Below are positions 27,726 through 35,725 of a DNA stretch of 64,000 nucleotides, one piece after another. The stretch spans positions 1,216,001-1,280,000 of the forward strand of contig CAXXFF010000002.1 of assembly GCA_963676835.2 (NCBI GenBank), in the 5' to 3' direction. The notes under the pieces were generated by a model, which saw nothing but the letters and a program-made list of their open reading frames with translations, had not been told where the DNA came from and did no database searches. The stretch is from Marispirochaeta sp. (lineage in GTDB: Bacteria > Spirochaetota > Spirochaetia > JC444 > Marispirochaetaceae). A program made the translations under genes and the position numbers. How positions within the stretch are numbered: the first letter of the stretch is position 1; every line of letters starts with the position of its first letter.

Positions 27726-30035
27726 ATGTCTGAAACTAATGAACAAAACCACTACGAACTGTTATGCCGGGAAGCGGAAAATCCCGGCTTTACCGACCGG
27801 CCCTTTGAAGATTTGATAAACTTTTATGTTTCCCTTTCGAACTACGTTAAAAGAAACGGCCTTCTTGCCATGGAGGAGATTGTAGAAAAGCTTCCGATGG
27901 ATTATGCCCAGGGCTTTCTCTGGGAGGTGGTTTCCGGAGTAGATCCGGGGATCATGTTCGGCCGGGGTATGGAAAAGGCAAGGGCAGGCTCCGATGGCGA
28001 GCTCTCTCTGAAAATTGCCTTTCATCTCTTTGCCGCCCTGCTGCTCCAGAACGGAGTGGGCGGCGGGAGCCTGAACGAAAGGCTGCAGGCTTTCTGCAGT
28101 CAAATTACCCCGCCGGTCTCTGAAGCGGATTTTAAGAAAATCGAAGACTACATACGGGCGCAGCACGGGACTCTTATGATCCCCGTGGAGCATACCGCTG
28201 CGGAGCTTCTTCGCGGACATACCAAGGAGTACGACCGGGCCCGGGAACTTCTCTCTTCCGTGGAAAAAGAGAAGCTTGGCAGCGACAGCCTCTACAACCT
28301 CGCCCTGATCAATTATCTTGATAACGATGACTGGAGCATTGCCATCGGGCTGGAATATGCCATTGCCGCAGCAGAGAAGGGGCACCGGCAGGCGGTCTAT
28401 ACCGCGGGACATCAGCTTCTGACCGGGGTTCCGGGGTTCTCGGAAAATATGAACGGCCTGGTAACTCCCGCCGATGAGAAGACCGCGATTATGGGCTACA
28501 CCCCCTATCCCCGTGATGTGGTAACAGAAAAGGATATTCCCCGGGGAATTGAACTGCTCGAAAAGGCCGCCGGGCAGGGCAGTGTTAATGCCTGCATGAC
28601 CCTGGCAGAACATTATGGGGCTGCTGGTAATGCTGCACAGACATTTGCCTGGCTCCAGAAGGGCGTGGACAACGGGTCCGAGAAGGCCGCGGAGATTATG
28701 GGCGACTCCTTCAGCGGCCGTCCGCTCCGGCATCCTTTTACCTGTCTTGTGATGGACCCGGGCAGCCTTACGGATGACAACTACAAAGGGGCAATCGGCT
28801 TTTATTACAAGGCCTACAGAAACCTTCCCGATCTTATCCCGAGAATACTGGAAACGATTTTTCTCCACCTTAACCCCGGTGCATATCCGAAGCTCCTTTC
28901 CGAACTCTACAAGTATCTCAATGATCCCTTCGACTTCGATACTGCCCTGGTGCGGTTTTTCAATGATGAGGAGCATGAGAAGATTGCGGCGGAGGATATC
29001 CTCGGGGTGGCATACTTTGGAGGTATCGTTCGGCCGGATCTGGAAAAGGCCTTTTTCTATCTGAACCGGGCCTACTCCGAAGGCCGGAAAACCGGGTACA
29101 CCGTCTACCTGCTTGCACTCTTGTACCTGAAAAAGGATGAAGGCTTTACAAGCTACGATCCCGTAAAAGCACATTCCCTCTTTATGGAGGCGGCGGACCT
29201 TGGCCATCTCCCTTCCGCGCAGCAGGCAGGATTCAGCTGTTTCTCCGGAATGCGGGCATATCTGCCGGCAAAGTTCGCGGAAGATCCGGGGGCGGCTGAA
29301 TCGGAAGCGATGTTTGCATCCCCGGTGACTGATGCGGAACTCAACCTGAAGGATCTGGAGAAGGCGGAAAAATATCTGAAACAGGCTGCAGATAAAGGGC
29401 ATCTCTTTTCCTGCCTGCGTCTGGCGGACCTTTATGCTTCGCAGAACAACCCGGCAGAGGACAATGTCTACCGCAGGAAGGCCTCCTGGTTCGGGGACAG
29501 CAATTCATCCCTTGCGGTTTCTCTGGATTACGCCCGTAGGGGCTTTGCGGAACATTATAACGACATTGTTCTCTACTGCACCATTGCCGCCCTGCAGCAG
29601 GATTCCGGCGCCTATTACAGCTTTGTTTCCATGCTGGAAGAGGAAGAGACGGTGACCCTAGCCGATGCTGATCTCAACAGGTTTCTCGAAATGAGTGCCG
29701 GGATAAAATGCAAGTACTGCGCTCTTATGCTGGGCCTGCGGCTCTATGCAGGCGTCGGGTGTGAGCCGGATGAGTCCGCTGCCATGGAGTATCTTGTCCG
29801 GGCTGAAGATTTCTCGGCATATGAAAATCGAAACGGATATTTCAACCAGCTGGAGATCGACAGCCTAAGGGCCCTGGCGGAGATATACGGAAATCCGCAA
29901 TCATCCTTTTATGATGCGGCAAAGCCGGAACCCCTCCGGCAGAAGGCTGATTCAATGGAAGCGGAAATGAAGCAGTCTCAGGCCTTTATTGATGATCTGC
30001 TTATGCCCCGGCCGAATACGGACAGTGAAGATTAA
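27726..30035 (+). CDS. Sel1-repeat protein with an N-terminal soluble MotA-like domain
   Basis: Sel1 repeats (KAEKYLKQAADKGH, KAFFYLNRA); N-terminus VKRNGLLAMEE...VVSGVDP...LQNG...ERLQAF. Confidence 0.72.
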   Translation: MSETNEQNHYELLCREAENPGFTDRPFEDLINFYVSLSNYVKRNGLLAMEEIVEKLPMDYAQGFLWEVVSGVDPGIMFGRGMEKARAGSDGELSLKIAFHLFAALLLQNGVGGGSLNERLQAFCSQITPPVSEADFKKIEDYIRAQHGTLMIPVEHTAAELLRGHTKEYDRARELLSSVEKEKLGSDSLYNLALINYLDNDDWSIAIGLEYAIAAAEKGHRQAVYTAGHQLLTGVPGFSENMNGLVTPADEKTAIMGYTPYPRDVVTEKDIPRGIELLEKAAGQGSVNACMTLAEHYGAAGNAAQTFAWLQKGVDNGSEKAAEIMGDSFSGRPLRHPFTCLVMDPGSLTDDNYKGAIGFYYKAYRNLPDLIPRILETIFLHLNPGAYPKLLSELYKYLNDPFDFDTALVRFFNDEEHEKIAAEDILGVAYFGGIVRPDLEKAFFYLNRAYSEGRKTGYTVYLLALLYLKKDEGFTSYDPVKAHSLFMEAADLGHLPSAQQAGFSCFSGMRAYLPAKFAEDPGAAESEAMFASPVTDAELNLKDLEKAEKYLKQAADKGHLFSCLRLADLYASQNNPAEDNVYRRKASWFGDSNSSLAVSLDYARRGFAEHYNDIVLYCTIAALQQDSGAYYSFVSMLEEEETVTLADADLNRFLEMSAGIKCKYCALMLGLRLYAGVGCEPDESAAMEYLVRAEDFSAYENRNGYFNQLEIDSLRALAEIYGNPQSSFYDAAKPEPLRQKADSMEAEMKQSQAFIDDLLMPRPNTDSED

Positions 30036-30045
30036 GGAATAAGAT

Positions 30046-31803
30046 ATGAAACGAACATTTTTTGCAGCACTGTTTTTAACTATTCTAATGGCCGTAACGG
30101 CTTTTGCACAGAACAAGACGGCCCTGCTGATCGCTAACGGGGACTATCAAAACTTCTCCTCCCTGGCAAACCCGGTGCCCGAGGCCCGGCAGCTCAGAAG
30201 CGCTCTGCAGCGTCTTGGATTTCAGGTAACCCTCCTGACGGATGCTGATAAAGAGGAGATGATTATCGGCCTGCGGAACTTTCAGCGTTCCGTTAAAAGC
30301 CGGGGCGGTGTCGCCTTTTTTCACTACGGCGGCCATGCGGTGCAGGTGGGGGGTAAGAACTACCTTATTCCTGCAAATGCAGATATTCCCGATGAGGATT
30401 ACGTAAGCCTCCGCGCCATGGATGCGGAGGAGATTATGGTCAGCCTTGAGCATTCCGGAAGCGACAGCAATATCGTTATTCTCGACTCCTGCCGCAACAA
30501 TCCGCTGCCAGCAGGTTCGGGCAGAAGCGCGTCCCGCGGTCTGGCGGTTGTCGGGAAAGAGCCGCCCAATACGGTGATCGTGTACTCTGCAAAATCGGGA
30601 CAGGTTGCCCGGGACGGTGTATTTACCCCGGCTCTTACCAGGGCTCTCACCTCTCCGGGATTAAGCATTCAGGAGATCCTGATGCAGACCCGCCAGAAGG
30701 TGTATGAACAGACCAAGGGTGCCCAGATTCCCGGTGAGTACAACCAGCTTTTTGAACCGGTATACCTCGCCGGCCGCGGTAGTTCAGGCGGCGGAAACAA
30801 TATAAGCTTCGGCGCGGTAACTGTGGAACCCGGTTCGCTCACCATAAATGTAGTTGAAGCGGGCACCCTGGAAATCAACGGACAGTCCGTGCAGATACCC
30901 TCCGGAGGCAGCATTCCGGTGAATGGACTTGATCCGGGGAGTTACATTCTTTCTATGCAGTATGGAAATGGACTTCGGGAAACTAAGACTGTTGAGGTTG
31001 AGAGCGGGATCAGTAAGAGTATTGCCTTCAGTTATGTGGTTAGAACGTCTACGGTTAGCCGCATGTCTTTAGACGATAGCTTTGTGCTGGTAAAAGCTGG
31101 AAGTTTCACCATGGGGTCACCATCCAATGAACCTGACAGGAAGGATAATGAAGCACAACATCAGGTAACCCTGACCCGGGATTTTTACATTAGTAAATAC
31201 GAAGTAACTCAGGGATTGTGGAAAGAGGTAATGGGAAATAATCCTTCCGAAGTAAGTACAGGTATCGATGTTAATTATCCAGTTAATGAAATCAGCTGGA
31301 TTGAAGCGGTGGATTTTTGCAATAAACTCAGTCGCCGACAAGGCCTCAATCCCGTTTATAGTGGTTCGGGAGATAGTATCCGCTGTGACTTCAATGCCAA
31401 CGGCTACCGGCTGCCCACGGAAGCAGAGTGGGAGTTCGCGGCGCGTGGTGCTCAGTCGTTAGAGAGCTATCAGATTTATGCGGGCTCGAATAGTTTGGGT
31501 AATGTTGGCTGGTTTTACAACAACAGTGGCGGTAAAAACCATGCGGTAGGGCAGAAGTCACTTAATCCCCTGGGGCTTTATGATATGAGTGGGAATGTAT
31601 TTGAATGGTGCTGGGACTGGTATGGCAATTACAGTGGAACGGTAATAAATCCAACGGGAGACGAATCAGGATCTTACCGAGTAACTCGTGGGGGCAGCTG
31701 GCTTCAACGCGATAGGTTCAACCGTTCGGCTTTTCGAGACTTTCGTAGTCCCTATGCGAGTGCTGATGATGTTGGCTTTCGCCTTGTTCGCACTGCAAAT
31801 TAG
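30046..31803 (+). CDS. Exported caspase (C14), PEGA-like and FGE-sulfatase (SUMF1/CLec) protein
   Basis: Signal peptide; FHYGGHA and LDSCR; FTMGS, RLPTEAEWEFAARG, GLYDMSGNVFEWC, RGGSW and GFRLVR. Confidence 0.9.
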   Translation: MKRTFFAALFLTILMAVTAFAQNKTALLIANGDYQNFSSLANPVPEARQLRSALQRLGFQVTLLTDADKEEMIIGLRNFQRSVKSRGGVAFFHYGGHAVQVGGKNYLIPANADIPDEDYVSLRAMDAEEIMVSLEHSGSDSNIVILDSCRNNPLPAGSGRSASRGLAVVGKEPPNTVIVYSAKSGQVARDGVFTPALTRALTSPGLSIQEILMQTRQKVYEQTKGAQIPGEYNQLFEPVYLAGRGSSGGGNNISFGAVTVEPGSLTINVVEAGTLEINGQSVQIPSGGSIPVNGLDPGSYILSMQYGNGLRETKTVEVESGISKSIAFSYVVRTSTVSRMSLDDSFVLVKAGSFTMGSPSNEPDRKDNEAQHQVTLTRDFYISKYEVTQGLWKEVMGNNPSEVSTGIDVNYPVNEISWIEAVDFCNKLSRRQGLNPVYSGSGDSIRCDFNANGYRLPTEAEWEFAARGAQSLESYQIYAGSNSLGNVGWFYNNSGGKNHAVGQKSLNPLGLYDMSGNVFEWCWDWYGNYSGTVINPTGDESGSYRVTRGGSWLQRDRFNRSAFRDFRSPYASADDVGFRLVRTAN

Positions 31804-31826
31804 TAACCGGATTAAAGGAATAAGCC

Positions 31827-33185
31827 ATGAAAAAATCAATAACCATTTTCCTAATGCTTCTAAGCCTCCTTTCCCTCACCGCCGAAAACCGCTACGCCCT
31901 GATTATCGGTAACAGCGAATACGCTGATTTCGGCAGTCTTCAGGAGCAGCCGGTAAACGATGCGGCTGACATCTCCGCCTCTTTAAAGCAGCTTGGCTTC
32001 GAGGTAACCACCCTGCAGAACGCGAGCCTGCGGGATATGAAGAACGCCACCCGGGTTTTCCGCAGCAGGCTCCATGATGACGCCGAAGCGGTGGGCCTCT
32101 TCTACTATGCCGGCCACGGCCTGCAGCATGACGGGGAAAACTACCTGATACCCTCCGATGCGGTAATCCCCGACGCGGTGGAGCTGGAGTACGAAGGCTA
32201 TAAAGTCAGCTATCTCATGGACCAGATAAGCGCCGCCGGCAATCAGCTGAATATGGTGATCCTCGATGCCTGCCGTGATTTTCCTGCGGCCTGGACCCGG
32301 TCTGTAAGCCGGGGACTGACGGTGGTGGGAAACCGGCCGGCAGGCAGCCTGATAATGTTCGCCACCAGCGAAGGTGATGTGGCGGATAACGGCTCCGGCA
32401 GAAACGGCCTGTTTACCTCCGTTCTGCTGGAACACCTGCAGACCACGGGTATTGATGTTGAAGAGGTTTTTGAACGGACCGCGGCAGGGGTACAGGAAAA
32501 GAGCAATGGAAAACAGATTCCTGAAGTGTACGACAAGTTCACCGGGGATGTGTATCTTGCGGGAATAGTGAATCAACAGGAAAAAGATGTTCCCGGTTGG
32601 TTTAACAATCCTCCCTGGTTTGATGATGCCATTAGCGGTGTAGGCAAGCACAACTCGGATGAGTTGGGGGCTGCCATTCTTTTATCCCTCGTCCATAGCC
32701 TGTGCGATATTTCCAACCTGATGAATGCGAAGGTTGACTCGAAGATCACGGACTATACCACTGAAGAAGATGGTGAAATACAATTTGTGGAAGCAATTAC
32801 AAAAATGACCTCTGAAACCAGCCTCGGGTCGATCAACATTCAGGCTCAGGAAACAGATTATTTTCAGGAAGCAAGTTCATTGAAGGGTACTCAGACTCTT
32901 TCAATTAAAGAAAAAACAGCACAGGTTGTATTCAGCAGCAGTGGCACGGTTTACCAGATACTCAGTGTATCTCAGGACTCGGAAGAGAAGGGTGAGCCCA
33001 AACATGTTGATGCCTTTGAGGTTAATCCCGAACTGTCTCCCCGGGACTGCTACAAGCTGCTGTTGGCTCTTGTTGAAGATGCCGGGGGAGAAGTGCAGAA
33101 ATATATAGCCGGAGACAAGACGGTGTATGCAATGGTAACTGTGGACAAGAACAGTCTGACAGTGCCGGAACCTGAAACCCCTTAA
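31827..33185 (+). CDS. Exported caspase (C14) plus LPP20-like protein
   Basis: Signal peptide; ALIIGN, YYAGHG and LDACR; C-terminal half is paralogous to 23507-24178. Confidence 0.87.
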   Translation: MKKSITIFLMLLSLLSLTAENRYALIIGNSEYADFGSLQEQPVNDAADISASLKQLGFEVTTLQNASLRDMKNATRVFRSRLHDDAEAVGLFYYAGHGLQHDGENYLIPSDAVIPDAVELEYEGYKVSYLMDQISAAGNQLNMVILDACRDFPAAWTRSVSRGLTVVGNRPAGSLIMFATSEGDVADNGSGRNGLFTSVLLEHLQTTGIDVEEVFERTAAGVQEKSNGKQIPEVYDKFTGDVYLAGIVNQQEKDVPGWFNNPPWFDDAISGVGKHNSDELGAAILLSLVHSLCDISNLMNAKVDSKITDYTTEEDGEIQFVEAITKMTSETSLGSINIQAQETDYFQEASSLKGTQTLSIKEKTAQVVFSSSGTVYQILSVSQDSEEKGEPKHVDAFEVNPELSPRDCYKLLLALVEDAGGEVQKYIAGDKTVYAMVTVDKNSLTVPEPETP

Positions 33186-34234
33186 TTAACCGAATAACTG
33201 AGCACCGGCCAGTAGGACCGGCGGCCTTTGTATTCGATATAAACTGAAATCTTCAAGGTTCCTCTTTGGGGTGTAATGGTACCGGAAAAAATATCCCCGT
33301 TTTTTTTCAAATAAGAGAATGACTTGTTGTTCCCTACAAAAGCTGCCTGGTCAACTCCGGGAACCCGCAGCTGAAACTCAATCTCTTCTCCGGACTGCAG
33401 GGTTTTCTGTATGGGCGCATTCACTATTTCAATTTCAGCATCGTACTGATCATAACTCTCGGGAATCCCCATCCCCTGACTTAAGCTTGCCTCCATTACT
33501 GCTTCTTCAACACCCAGAGCATAGAGGCTTTCAAAGAAAAAGGATTTATAATATTTCCGTACAACATAATCCGTCATGGAGATTGGCTCTGCAGTCAGCT
33601 GCCACTCTTCCTCTTTCGGCAGGTGGGTCCACAGAAAAAGTTCCGGAGAACAGTCAAACCAGAAGGCGCTGAAATCCCATACAAAAGACCTGTTCGAAAC
33701 ATGACCGGCTCCCCAGGTTGAATCCATCAGGCGCCAGCTGCCGTCCACAAGCACAGCATTCCAGGCATGGTTGGTGCGGCTGAATCTGCTGCGGTCCCTG
33801 TAACCGTAGCCTTTCGCGTAGCCCGATATCAGCCGGGAATCAAGACCAAGGCCCCGTGCCAGGCTGTTAAAGAGTTCCGCGTATCCCTGGCATACGGATT
33901 TACCGGTTCTGAAAACTCCGCCCGGATTTGTAACGGCACGTCTGCCGGAAAAGTATGCAGATGCATCGTAGGCGATGTTTGAAGTCATCCAGATGTAAAC
34001 CGCCCGGGCTTTTTCCATGTCGGTTTCAGCCAGGTTTGAAAGCTGAGTGATAGTCTCTTCAATACTCTCCGCTTCGTGAAGCTCCCGGACGGCGCTGTCG
34101 AGATCAATGAAGGAGAGGTCAGATCCTGAAGTATCAGCATCCGATACCGGAGAATCTGCAAGCAGGAAAGGAAACAGGGATATTGATAAAAAGACTGCAA
34201 TGCATATCAGTTTTGTATGGATTGTTTTATACAT
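33182..34234 (-). CDS. Exported transglutaminase-like (Cyk3/KY-type) protein
   Basis: Triad VCQGYA, HAWNAV and DSTWG; HLP...WQL motif; hydrophobic N-terminus. Confidence 0.88.
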   Translation of the reverse strand: MYKTIHTKLICIAVFLSISLFPFLLADSPVSDADTSGSDLSFIDLDSAVRELHEAESIEETITQLSNLAETDMEKARAVYIWMTSNIAYDASAYFSGRRAVTNPGGVFRTGKSVCQGYAELFNSLARGLGLDSRLISGYAKGYGYRDRSRFSRTNHAWNAVLVDGSWRLMDSTWGAGHVSNRSFVWDFSAFWFDCSPELFLWTHLPKEEEWQLTAEPISMTDYVVRKYYKSFFFESLYALGVEEAVMEASLSQGMGIPESYDQYDAEIEIVNAPIQKTLQSGEEIEFQLRVPGVDQAAFVGNNKSFSYLKKNGDIFSGTITPQRGTLKISVYIEYKGRRSYWPVLSYSVN

Positions 34235-34278
34235 TTCGGATCCTTAATATTCGAACATGGAGTAATTATATAATAGTG

Positions 34279-34701
34279 CTATAGAAAAAGTGTTTTCAGT
34301 CCCGGAAATCGGGAAAAATCCCGGTCGGTAGTGACCCACTCGCAGCCGTGTTCAATAGCCAGAGCAGCAAAGTACGCATCCGGAATCAGGTTCCCCTTTG
34401 CCTGAGCTTCCGTACACAGCTTGCTGAAAATATTCCAGTGCCGTTGTTCCGGACGGACTGTAACGGCATTCGGCCGTGAACGTATTGCTTCAATAAAGTT
34501 GAGGGCGTTCTCTATGGAATCAGGGTTTTTGAATATCTTCGGATGGGTAACAATCCGCAGGAATCCGCTCAGTGCCAGTTCGCAGATTCCGAAATCCGAC
34601 GGTGAGTTTATGGTTTCCTGAAGCCATTCGTAAACCGGCTTATGGCGTTCGGTGTCGGTTCTGAATGCGTAAACATAGATGTTTACATCACACAGGACCA
34701 T
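34279..34701 (-). CDS. vapC: VapC PIN-domain toxin
   Basis: LCDVNIYVYA, FLRIVTHP, DAYFAALAIEHG and TTDRDFSRFPGL. Confidence 0.9.
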   Translation of the reverse strand: MVLCDVNIYVYAFRTDTERHKPVYEWLQETINSPSDFGICELALSGFLRIVTHPKIFKNPDSIENALNFIEAIRSRPNAVTVRPEQRHWNIFSKLCTEAQAKGNLIPDAYFAALAIEHGCEWVTTDRDFSRFPGLKTLFL

Positions 34702-34942
34702 TGTTCTTTTCCATTATGTCATAGAGGTCGGCTGAGTTATCCAGATCGATTCCCCCTGCAACTCCTCCGGTCTTCTCCGAGACTGTCAGGGTAATCGGTT
34801 CAAGTTCTTCCGGAGCAGGATAGCGCAGGAATTTTTCCCGCAATGCCTGCTCAATAATCTCTCTTAAGGGTTTATGTTCCTTCAGCGCCAGGTCTTTTGC
34901 TTTCTGAAGAAGAGCATCATCCAGATCCATTGTGGTTCTCAT
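34688..34942 (-). CDS. vapB: VapB-type antitoxin
   Basis: MRTTMDLDDALLQKAK RHH-like N-terminus and GIDLDNS tail; overlaps vapC. Confidence 0.82.
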   Translation of the reverse strand: MRTTMDLDDALLQKAKDLALKEHKPLREIIEQALREKFLRYPAPEELEPITLTVSEKTGGVAGGIDLDNSADLYDIMEKNNGPV

Positions 34943-34949
34943 GCATATA

Positions 34950-34978
34950 AGCATACTGCCGGGGCATAAATATGTCAA
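34950..34978 (-). promoter_or_regulatory. Sigma70-type promoter of vapBC, probably giving a leaderless transcript
   Basis: Minus strand TTGACA-17 nt-TATGCT, then 7 nt to the ATG at 34942; near-palindrome ATGCATATAAGCAT over the start. Confidence 0.65.
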
Positions 34979-35025
34979 TTTTGGGGAATCGAGCCGGTAA
35001 AAGCTATTCTGTTCACTGAATTGCC

Positions 35026-35529
35026 TTAAGCAACCTTGAGAAACAGTGCGGTAACAACCCCGATCTGCCCTATCCAGAAGAGAAACATCCATTTGATGTT
35101 GTTGGCAGCAGACTGGTGCATCTCAACTCTTAAGGTACCTATGCTTGTGTTCATTTCTCCCCGCAGACTTGAGACCTCTTCAGTAAGTTTCTTATCAAAC
35201 CGCTGTTCCAATGATGCAAGATCAACCCTGATGGCTGAGACCTCTTCCACCAGCTTCTTCTCAAACCGGCCTTCAGATTCGGTAAGCTCAACCCGGATGG
35301 CAGAAGTTTCTTTCTCTAGCTTCTTCTCAAACCGGCCTTCAGATCCTGCAAGATCAACCCTGATGGGAGATATCTCTTCCGCCAACTTTCTTTCAAACCT
35401 GAGTCCTGCAGTTTGGATAACAGAATTTTCCGTCTCTTTCTCCTGCTCGTTGAGCACGGCAATCAGCGCGTCGGAGCCTTCGTCTCCGAGCTTCTCCCGT
35501 AATGGTTTCGGTATGGATATTAATGGCAT
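35026..35529 (-). CDS. LA_3696/DUF1640-like coiled-coil protein with a C-terminal membrane anchor
   Basis: MPLISIPKPLREKLGDEG...; 22-aa repeats; IKWMFLFWIGQIG tail. Confidence 0.8.
   Translation of the reverse strand: MPLISIPKPLREKLGDEGSDALIAVLNEQEKETENSVIQTAGLRFERKLAEEISPIRVDLAGSEGRFEKKLEKETSAIRVELTESEGRFEKKLVEEVSAIRVDLASLEQRFDKKLTEEVSSLRGEMNTSIGTLRVEMHQSAANNIKWMFLFWIGQIGVVTALFLKVA
35170..35400 (-). repeat. 66 bp (22 aa) tandem repeat, about 3.5 copies
   Basis: AGCTTCTTCTCAAACCGGCCTTCAGAT recurs at 35252 and 35318; protein units EISPIRVDLAGSEGRFEKKLEK, ETSAIRVELTESEGRFEKKLVE and EVSAIRVDLASLEQRFDKKLTE. Confidence 0.8.
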
Positions 35530-35725
35530 TCTCTGCTTCCTTACCATACTGATACCGTGTAAAGTATATTCTGATTTCATTCAGCGGTCAAATCGGGCTC
35601 TTTTGATCTGGGTTCTATCAGTAGTTTCCTTGTTTCAAAAGCCCCGATGGCCTAAAATAGGAGAGAAATATATACCTGCATCTTTATAGCTGTGACTGAA
35701 AAAGTGTACTTGCAAGGGGGATCCC

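Noticed and set aside
28530..28560. DIPRGIEL in the Sel1 protein as another RG cleavage motif
   Set aside because: It falls at a regular helical position of a Sel1 repeat in a protein predicted to be cytoplasmic; likely coincidental, as is SSPRGA in the PEGA domain.
27762..29402. 546-aa minus-strand ORF
   Set aside because: Antisense shadow of the Sel1 protein gene; no recognisable domain.
35170..35400. CRISPR-like periodic repeat (66 bp period)
   Set aside because: The repeats are in-frame coding units with similar intervening sequence, and there are no cas genes.
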